The translations under genes were made by a program, and so were the position numbers. From Vicinamibacterales bacterium (GTDB taxonomy: Bacteria > Acidobacteriota > Vicinamibacteria > Vicinamibacterales > UBA8438): a DNA stretch of 64,000 nt. The notes under the pieces are model-generated. The model did not search any database, was not told where the DNA came from, and worked only from the letters and a program-made list of their open reading frames with translations. The DNA is taken from NCBI GenBank assembly GCA_965200895.1, contig CBDAVM010000002.1, positions 415,077-479,076 on the forward strand, given 5' to 3'. Positions 54,744 through 64,000 of the stretch are shown here, piece after piece. Numbering within the stretch: position 1 is the first letter of the stretch; each line of letters opens with the position of its first letter.

Positions 54744-55437
54744 TCAGTCCAGTGACGTCGGAATCTGCGGCGGGGGCTCCTGCCGACCGGCCTCGCCGGC
54801 CGCGCCCTTCAGCATCCGCAGGATGCGGTCATGCCAGTCGACGTGGCGGCGCTGCTCGCGGGGCGTGAGCATCTCGTCTGGGCTGCGGTACTGTTCGAGG
54901 TGCCCGGTCTCGACGGTGAAGCGGCTGGCGATGCGGCCGTTCTTCTTGCCGCCGACGGGGCGGTCGACGAACCAGGTGATGTCGCGGTTCGCCCGCTTGT
55001 CGGGGCGATCCTTGCAGGCAAGGGTCGCGGCGCTGACGTAGGGCATGCGTTCGACGACGAGACCCGTGGCGGGGGCGCGCTCGCTGCCGGCGGGCCTCTC
55101 GGCCAGCGGTTCCTGTCCGGCCGCCTCGCGCAGCGCGTTATCCTTGGCGAATCCGGCAGCGCTGCCGACGAGCCGGTGCGCCGGGTAGTCGCGGACGAGA
55201 ATGCGCTCACGGGCGACGGCCAGACTCTCGTGGGAGCTGTCGATGGCGATCCAGCGCCGGCCCCCACGTCTCCGCTACGACGGGTGTGGTGCCGCTCCCG
55301 CAGGTCGGGTCGAGCGCGAGGTCACCGGGACGCGTGGTCATCAGCATGCAGCGCTGGATGGCGAGGTCGCCGGTCTGGACCGGGTAGCGCCTGTCTCGGG
55401 GTGCGATCTTTGCGTGCAGGTCTCGGATCGTGGCCTC
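54744..55437 (-). pseudogene. DNA methyltransferase, C-terminal fragment with frameshift, abutting tRNA-Lys
   Basis: The minus strand reads [42 protein letters not shown], then shifts frame to [20 protein letters not shown]... and continues into ORF 54744..55046(-). The N-terminal DPPY half is absent. Confidence 0.6.
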
Positions 55438-55523
55438 TGCTCCGACGGGCGGGACCCCTGGCCGCTGGCGAAGACCTCGTCCAGCGTCGACTGCCGAAAG
55501 TGACGTTTTTCCCCGGTAAAAAG

Positions 55524-55599
55524 TGGTGAGCCGCCAGGGACTCGAACCCCGAACCCGCAGATTAAGAGTCTGCTGCTCTACCAGTTGAGCTAGCGGCCC
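55524..55599 (-). tRNA. tRNA-Lys (anticodon CUU), CCA encoded
   Basis: Reverse complement: GGGCCGC-TA-GCTC-AACTGGTA-GAGC-A-GCAGA-CTCTTAA-TCTGC-GGGTT-CGGGG-TTCGAGT-CCCTG-GCGGCTC-A-CCA. It folds as a canonical cloverleaf. Confidence 0.9.
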
Positions 55600-55881
55600 A
55601 CTGCCATCGCCAAGCCTCCTCAGATCCTAGCACGGCGTCTGCTGGAGGACCGATCAGGCCCCTTCACCACCCAACGGACCGGGGGTAGGTCTGGCCGCCG
55701 GCGCTGCAGGAAGACCGGTCGGGCCACCCTTCACCTCCTGCTTTCACCTCCTGCGATGCGCCAGGCCGTGCCCGATTGCTTGTCCCGGCCCGCCTCGGCG
55801 CGGCTCGCCCGGTCGAGCTGCCGGTAGTACTCCGATATTCGATTCAGACTGATACTTGACTTTGTCCAGAATATAGGGTGA

Positions 55882-58563
<2,682 letters not shown>

Positions 58564-58681
58564 TCCCGGCGCGTGATACCGGCGACGCCTGTCGTGACCG
58601 GCAATACCTGTCGCCACGCGCGCCGCTTTCCGGTAGAGTCGAAGGAGCAGGCAGTGCCAGGCTGCCCCGAAGGAGGGACGC

Positions 58682-59152
58682 ATGAAGATGACAGTTGCCG
58701 CGGTCACCGTGCTCGGGCTGTTCGCGACGATCGGCGCCGCGACGGCTGCCGGGCAGGCGCAATGGGCCTCGATGGACGTCGCGGGCGGCGGCAAGCAGTT
58801 TCAGCTCAGCAACGACGAGGGGGCCGCGATCGTGCTCTTGTGCATGGTCAACGGACAGGCCGTCGGATTCCAGTTTCCCGAGCCGATCGAGTCGACGCAG
58901 CGAGCCACCGTGCGGGGTACGCCCGGCGGCCGGGAGAACGTCCAGGTCGCGCAGGTCACCGAGCAGTTGCTGCAGGTCACGGGTGCGCGTGGCCGCGACT
59001 TCACGCTGGATCTGCTGCAGTCGTCCTCCAGACTCTCGGTGCGGGCCTCGGGACAGGACGCCAACTTCGAGGTCTTCGGGAGCGAATCGACCGTCAGGGA
59101 GTGCATCGAACAGCAGGAGGCGCTGATCGGGGACCCGAGGCGGCAGTTCTGA
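58682..59152 (+). CDS. hypothetical secreted two-Cys protein, tandem paralogue 1 of 3
   Basis: ORF 58682..59152. Signal [26 protein letters not shown]. Shares GGGK.FQL.ND.G..I.L.C, R.TVRG.PG.RENV and F.VFGS......C.EQ with the next two copies. Confidence 0.65.
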   Translation: MKMTVAAVTVLGLFATIGAATAAGQAQWASMDVAGGGKQFQLSNDEGAAIVLLCMVNGQAVGFQFPEPIESTQRATVRGTPGGRENVQVAQVTEQLLQVTGARGRDFTLDLLQSSSRLSVRASGQDANFEVFGSESTVRECIEQQEALIGDPRRQF

Positions 59153-59163
59153 CGAGGAAGATC

Positions 59164-59679
59164 ATGAGGCCAGCTACAGCGGCGCTGGCGGTGCTCGGAG
59201 TCCTCACGACGATCGGTGCGGTTCCCGCCGTCGGGCAGCAGGAACTGTGGGAAGCGCGCAATCTCGAAGGTGGCGGCAAGGAGTTTCAGCTCCACAACGA
59301 CCAGGGCGACGTGATCATCCTCGCGTGCCGCCTGCAGGGGCTCGGCGCCGGATTCGAGTTCGCCGAAGGGGTCGAGCCGACGCAACGGGCGATGGTGCGC
59401 GGCATTCCGGGCGCGCGTGAGAACGTCGCGGTCGAGCCCGTCAACCCGTATACGGTCCAGGTCGCGGGAGGCCGGAGTCTCGACTTCACGCTGGCGATGC
59501 TGCGCACCGCGTCCAGCCTCTACGTCCGGGTCTCCGGTCAGGCCGCGACGTTCGAGGTGTTCGGCAGCGCCGCGATAGTCCAGCAGTGCCTGGAGCAGAT
59601 GGAGGATCGGGCGGCAGGCATGAGCCGTGACACGGACATGCCGGCGCTGGTCACGTTCGGAAACAGGGACCCGCAATGA
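59164..59679 (+). CDS. hypothetical secreted two-Cys protein, tandem paralogue 2 of 3
   Basis: In-frame ATG at 59164 in ORF 58573..59679. Signal MRPATAALAVLGVLTTIGAVPAVGQQ. Confidence 0.65.
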   Translation: MRPATAALAVLGVLTTIGAVPAVGQQELWEARNLEGGGKEFQLHNDQGDVIILACRLQGLGAGFEFAEGVEPTQRAMVRGIPGARENVAVEPVNPYTVQVAGGRSLDFTLAMLRTASSLYVRVSGQAATFEVFGSAAIVQQCLEQMEDRAAGMSRDTDMPALVTFGNRDPQ

Positions 59680-60138
59680 CGATGAAGAGCACGGTTACGG
59701 CCATGGTGTTGCTGGGCGCGCTTGCGACGCTCGGTGCAGTTCCGGTCGCCGGACAGGCGCAGTGGAACGAGACGGATGTCGAGGGTGGGAAGGAGTTCCG
59801 GCTGTTCACGGAAGCCGGCGACTCCATTCTCCTGTAGTGCCTGACCCGGGGTACCGGGGCGGCCCTCCAGTTCGCCCGGCCGGTCGGGTCGACCCGCGGG
59901 AGTCACGATGCGCGGCGTGCCCGGCGGGCAGCGCAACGTCGCGGTCCGGTGGCAGTCCGGCGGGTACTTCCTGGCCATCGCCAGCGGTTCCGGTCGCGAC
60001 TTCATGTTCCGCATGCTGCGCAACGCCGCGAGCCTGACCGTCCGCGTGGGCGACCGGGAGCTGTCCTTCGACGTGTTCGGGAGCGACCAGATCGTCAGCC
60101 TGTGCCTGCAGCAGCAGGAGGCGGCTCCGCAGGAGTAG
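59676..60138 (+). pseudogene. tandem paralogue 3 of 3, with in-frame TAG (59835..59837) and a 1-nt frameshift near 59895-59905
   Basis: ATGA start/stop overlap with copy 2. MTMKSTVTAMVLLGALATLGAVPVAGQAQWNETDVEGGKEFRLFTEAGDSILL*C. The C-terminal half is readable in ORF 59908..60138. Confidence 0.55.
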
Positions 60139-60197
60139 CGTCGCCAAGGCCCCGTGCTCGGCTCCTGGCCCGACAGCGCCTGACGGGTCAGGCCGAT

Positions 60198-60497
60198 TCA
60201 GGCCGACGATCCCAGGCGGGCGTTGATGGCCCAGAAGATCGCGATGCCCATTCCCAGGGTGATCGCGTGGGGCCACAGGTCCACCAGCGTCAACCCCAGC
60301 AGGACGGCGGCCACGGGGACGCCGCTCTGCATGGTGATGGGCGTTCCGTCCGCCAGCACGGCCTTGCCGGCCAGGGTCCTGGAGATCACGTACAAGGCGA
60401 TGCAGGCGATGACCAGGGTGATGGCGTGAGGCCACATCTCCACCAGCGTCAGTCCGAATGCGATGGCGGCCGCAAGGCCCGCTCTCTGCCACGTCAT
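60198..60497 (-). CDS. small membrane protein with an internal duplication (GLTLV(E/D)(M/L)WPHAITL twice)
   Basis: Met 25 of ORF 60198..60569(-), GGGAGGGAG upstream. Four predicted hydrophobic segments. Confidence 0.5.
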   Translation of the reverse strand: MTWQRAGLAAAIAFGLTLVEMWPHAITLVIACIALYVISRTLAGKAVLADGTPITMQSGVPVAAVLLGLTLVDLWPHAITLGMGIAIFWAINARLGSSA

Positions 60498-60650
60498 TTG
60501 GTCACTCCCTCCCGAACGAAGCGTCGGTGCCTTCCTCGACCTGATGAAGATGGCACCTTGTTTGATCATACCGTTTCATGCTGTTCTGTGACGACGGAGA
60601 TCTGCCCGGCGCCTCCGGGCGAGACGACGTGTAACGAAGGAGCGGGCGTC

Positions 60651-63146
60651 ATGAGGATCTGCACCGTGGTGCTGGCGTCGGCGGTCGCCGCCGGCGCGTG
60701 GCTTCCACCGGCGGCGGCGACCGCGCAGGGCGGCGGCGGCCTGCCGACCATCGAGGCGCGCACGGCCGGCTCCGAGCGGCTCGACGGCTTCTTCCCGCTC
60801 TACTGGGACGACGACGCCGGCACGCTGTGGCTCGAGATCGGCCGGCTCGACGAGGAGGTACTGTATGTCGTCGCGCTGGCCGCCGGGGTGGGATCGAACG
60901 ACATCGGCCTCGATCGCGGCCAGCTCGGCGGCTCGCGCATCGTGCGCTTCGAGCGGGTGGGCCGGAAGATCCTCATGGTGCAGCCCAACACCCGCTTCCG
61001 GGCCGGCAGCGCCAACCCCGACGAGCGGCGGGCGGTGGACGACGCGTTCGCCACCTCCGTGCTGTTCGGGTTCACGGCCGCCGCGCGCAGCGGCGACCGC
61101 TGGCTCGTCGACGCCACGCCGTTCCTGCTCCGTGACGCGCATGGTGTGGCGGACCGCCTGTCGGGCGTCTACCGGCTCGACCCCGGGCGCAGCGCCGTGC
61201 ATCTGCCGCGGACGAAGGCGTTCCCGCGCAACACGGAGCTGGAGGCCACGCTGACCTTCGCCCGCGAGCGGCGCGGCGACGGCCCCGGCTTCGGCCGCGG
61301 CGCCATCGAGGCGGTGGTCCCGAGCGCCGATTCGGTCACCGTCCGCCAGCGGCAGTCGCTCATCGCGCTGCCCGACGACGGCTACGCGCCGCGGCCCCAC
61401 GATCCGCGCGCCGGCTACGGCGCCGTCGCCTGGGAGGACTACGCCGTCCCGCTCGGCGAGCCGCTGACCCGGCGCTACCTGCGCCGCCACCGCCTGCAGA
61501 AGCGCGATCCGTCGGCCGCAGTCAGCGAGGCGGTCGAGCCGATCGTCTACCACCTGGATCGCGGCGCGCCGGAGCCCATCCGCTCCGCGCTGCTGGACGG
61601 CGCGCGGTGGTGGAACCAGGCCTTCGAGGCGGCCGGCTACCGGGACGCGTTCCGCGTGGAGCTGCTGCCGGAGGGGGCCGATCCGCTCGACGTACGCTAC
61701 AACGTCATCCAGTGGGTGCACCGCTCGACGCGCGGCTGGAGCTACGGCAGCTCGGTGACCGATCCGCGCACCGGCGAGATCATCAAGGGACACGTCACGC
61801 TCGGCTCGCTGCGGGTGCGGCAGGACTACCTGATCGCCGAGGGGCTGCTCGCGCCCTATCCTGCCGGCGACGAGGAGCCGCCGGCGCTGGCCGAACTGGC
61901 CCTGGCCCGCATTCGGCAGTTGTCGGCCCACGAGGTCGGCCATACGCTGGGGCTCGGGCACAACTACTACGCGAGCGCACGGGGGCGGATCTCGGTGATG
62001 GACTATCCGCACCCGCTGGTGACCCTGGGGCCGGATGCGCGGATCGACCTGTCCGACGCCTACGCCGTGGGCATCGGGGACTGGGACCGGGTGGCCATCG
62101 CCTACGGCTATCAGGACTTCCCGCCCGACGCGGATGCGGACGCCGCGCTGGCGGCGTTGCTCGACGAGGCGTGGAACCGGGACCTGCGGTATCTGACGAA
62201 CCAGGACGCCGCCATGCACCCGCGGGTCCACCTGTGGGCCAACGGGACCGATCCGGCCGCCGAGCTGGAGCGCATGCTCCAGGTGCGCCGCGTCGCCCTC
62301 AGCCGCTTCGGAGAGCGCGTGATCCCCGCCGGCCGGCCGCTGGCGACGATCGAAGAGGCGCTCGTGCCGTTGTATCTCCACCACCGGTATCAGGTGGACG
62401 CGGCGGCGTCCGCCCTCGGCGGCGTCGACTACACGTACGCGTTCCGGGGCGACGGCCGCGCGCCGCAGACCCCCGTCCCCGGGGACCGGCAGCGGGCGGC
62501 CCTGGCGGCGCTGCTGCGCACGCTCGAACCGGTGGAGCTGGCGCTGCCGCGGAGCATCCTCGACCGCATCCCGCCGCGTCCGCCCGGCCACGGATTGCAC
62601 CGGGAGCTGTTCCCGCGCCGCACCGGCGGGGTGTTCGACGCGCTGACCCCGGCCATCGTCGCGGCGGACCTGACCGTCTCGCAGGTCCTGGCCCCCGCGC
62701 GGGCGGCGCGGCTGGTCCAGCAGGCCCTGCTCGACGAGACACTGCCGGGACTGGCCGAGGTGCTCCAGGCGCTGGTCGGGGCCGGGTTCGACTCGCGGGC
62801 GGACACCGCCTATGAACGCGCGATCCAGCGTGCGGTGCGCCGCGTCCTAGCCGAGCGGCTGATGGGATTGGCGGACCGGGCGCCGATGGCCGAGGTGCGC
62901 GCGCACGCGGCGGACGCGCTGCAGCGCATCCGCCGGCGCATCCCGTCCCTGTCGGTGGAGCGGGAGTACCACCGGCGCCTGCAGGTCGAGATCGACCGGT
63001 TCTTCGAGCGGCCGGCCGAACCCGCGCCGACCCCGGCGGTCCCCGCGCCTGCGGTCCCGCCGGGCAGCCCGATCGGCGATCCGGCGTTCGACTGGCTGCG
63101 GACCGCACCGGAACTGTGCGACTGGGAGCAGCGTCCGGGGTTCTGA
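60651..63146 (+). CDS. secreted zinc-dependent metalloprotease (DUF4953/DUF5117-type, HExxHxxGxxH)
   Basis: In-frame ATG at 60651 in ORF 59949..63146, AAGGAG upstream. Signal MRICTVVLASAVAAGAWL. Zinc motif SAHEVGHTLGLGHN. Confidence 0.85.
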   Translation: MRICTVVLASAVAAGAWLPPAAATAQGGGGLPTIEARTAGSERLDGFFPLYWDDDAGTLWLEIGRLDEEVLYVVALAAGVGSNDIGLDRGQLGGSRIVRFERVGRKILMVQPNTRFRAGSANPDERRAVDDAFATSVLFGFTAAARSGDRWLVDATPFLLRDAHGVADRLSGVYRLDPGRSAVHLPRTKAFPRNTELEATLTFARERRGDGPGFGRGAIEAVVPSADSVTVRQRQSLIALPDDGYAPRPHDPRAGYGAVAWEDYAVPLGEPLTRRYLRRHRLQKRDPSAAVSEAVEPIVYHLDRGAPEPIRSALLDGARWWNQAFEAAGYRDAFRVELLPEGADPLDVRYNVIQWVHRSTRGWSYGSSVTDPRTGEIIKGHVTLGSLRVRQDYLIAEGLLAPYPAGDEEPPALAELALARIRQLSAHEVGHTLGLGHNYYASARGRISVMDYPHPLVTLGPDARIDLSDAYAVGIGDWDRVAIAYGYQDFPPDADADAALAALLDEAWNRDLRYLTNQDAAMHPRVHLWANGTDPAAELERMLQVRRVALSRFGERVIPAGRPLATIEEALVPLYLHHRYQVDAAASALGGVDYTYAFRGDGRAPQTPVPGDRQRAALAALLRTLEPVELALPRSILDRIPPRPPGHGLHRELFPRRTGGVFDALTPAIVAADLTVSQVLAPARAARLVQQALLDETLPGLAEVLQALVGAGFDSRADTAYERAIQRAVRRVLAERLMGLADRAPMAEVRAHAADALQRIRRRIPSLSVEREYHRRLQVEIDRFFERPAEPAPTPAVPAPAVPPGSPIGDPAFDWLRTAPELCDWEQRPGF

Positions 63147-63189
63147 GGGAGTTCGAGGGCCGCGCGGTGACCCTGTAGATCTGTAGGTA

Positions 63190-63324
63190 CGTGCGCAGGC
63201 TCGCCGGCGACGACCGCGCGCCGGCGCCGCGGGTGGCCGAGCCGGTCGTCGTGGACGCCGTGTACGACCTGGCCGCAGCCGAGATCGCCAAGTGGCTGGT
63301 CCTCGACGCGCTGGCGCCGCTGCA
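63190..63324. repeat. dispersed repeat R4, copy B: isolated 135-bp piece of the cyclodehydratase gene
   Basis: 133/135 identical to 38234..38368. Flanks are unrelated on both sides. Confidence 0.9.
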
Positions 63325-63546
63325 GGCAGTGAGCGCCTCCGGCTGTACGAAACCTTCATCCAACCGGCCGCCGCGCGACTCCATGCGCACCTCCACATTC
63401 AACCCGGCGTACCATAGCTTGCGGTCGAAGCACGAACCGTCCCGGAGAACGACGGCGGGAAACATCAGCTCACGGCCGCAGCACGACCCAACCTGAATCC
63501 GAGACCCAAGCCATCCGCAACGCGAAGATGGTCAACTGACGGTCCC

Positions 63547-64000
63547 ATGCACGACGAGACGTACAAGAAGCTCTTCGCCTCCCCCCACATGGTCGAGGAC
63601 CTGGTGCGGGCCTTCGGCCCGGCCCCGATCGCCGACCAGATTGACTACACGTCGCTCCGACGACTGTCCTCCGAGCTGATCAGCCACGACCTGCAGAAGC
63701 GCTCCGGCGACACCATCTGGTCAGCCACGCTCCGCGCGGACGCCCACGCCAAACGAGCACAGAAGCTCTACCTGCTGATCCTGCTCGAGTTCCAGTCCAC
63801 CCACGACCACTGGATGGCGCTCCGCATGGCGGTCTACACCGCGCTGCTGTACCAGAACGGCATACGCGATGGAACGATCACGCCAGCAACCGGCCTCCCG
63901 CCCGCACTCCCGATCGTCGTGCACAACGGTGACCGCCCGTGGCGCGCGCCCCGCTTGATGCGCGAGCTAAGCGCACTCAGCGACGAGAGTCTGCGCGAAC
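63547..64000 (+). CDS. Rpn-family recombination-promoting nuclease / putative transposase (PD-(D/E)XK, YhgA-like), 3'-partial at the window edge
   Basis: Not in the ORF track because there is no stop before the window end. ATG at 63547. MHDETYKKLFASPHMVEDLVRAF...SGDTIWSA...LYLLILLEFQSTHDHWMALRMAVYTALLYQ...LPPALPIVVHNGDRPW. Confidence 0.75.
   Translation, partial: MHDETYKKLFASPHMVEDLVRAFGPAPIADQIDYTSLRRLSSELISHDLQKRSGDTIWSATLRADAHAKRAQKLYLLILLEFQSTHDHWMALRMAVYTALLYQNGIRDGTITPATGLPPALPIVVHNGDRPWRAPRLMRELSALSDESLRE

Overview
This is a very GC-rich bacterial chromosomal fragment; I cannot assign a phylum from the sequence alone. All family calls below come from reading motifs in the supplied translations. 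No HMM or BLAST search was run. Most long ORFs in the six-frame track are Arg/Gly/Pro-rich antisense or off-frame shadows of real genes. After removing them I can support about 45 intact genes, 1 tRNA, about 12 gene remnants, and several repeat families.

The window has two kinds of territory.

(1) Core-like regions (0.1-33.5 kb and 42.9-63.1 kb). These are dominated by secreted or periplasmic enzymes:
- four 8-bladed PQQ quinoprotein dehydrogenase homologues, two sGDH-type PQQ sugar dehydrogenases (one frameshifted) and a BamB-like PQQ-repeat propeller;
- class-C beta-lactamase-like serine hydrolases, MBL-fold hydrolases, a D-aminoacylase, an M20 amidohydrolase, asparaginase, lactonases, and GMC and Gfo/Idh/MocA oxidoreductases;
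- housekeeping genes: an enolase-family gene, typA, dcp, furA-katG and tRNA-Lys(CUU).

(2) A 9.3-kb decayed mosaic island (about 33.55-42.80 kb), wedged between a PQQ glucose-dehydrogenase homologue and an aldose 1-epimerase.
- Broken genes: Uma2 nuclease, a P4-type integrase fragment, a DNA methyltransferase, two LexA/S24 fragments and a DUF1156 methylase fragment.
- Four cargo genes that look intact:
  - an ERG6-like sterol C-24 methyltransferase homologue;
  - an NHLP-type RiPP precursor whose core is only WCELCC;
  - an 831-aa FN3/cadherin-like surface protein with an IPTL/PEP-CTERM-like tail;
  - a coiled-coil membrane protein built on a 33-bp tandem repeat.
- The cyclodehydratase (E1-like/YcaO) next to the RiPP precursor is truncated at both ends and frameshifted.
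- Five two-copy dispersed repeat families (R1-R5) tie the island pieces together. One copy, a 135-bp piece of the cyclodehydratase gene, lies 25 kb away next to an Rpn-family nuclease/transposase gene at the window edge.

I found no CRISPR array, no rRNA, and no complete recognisable defence or biosynthetic system. The most interesting leads are the orphan NHLP precursor with its remnant enzyme, the bacterial SMT homologue, and the repeat-mediated shuffling.
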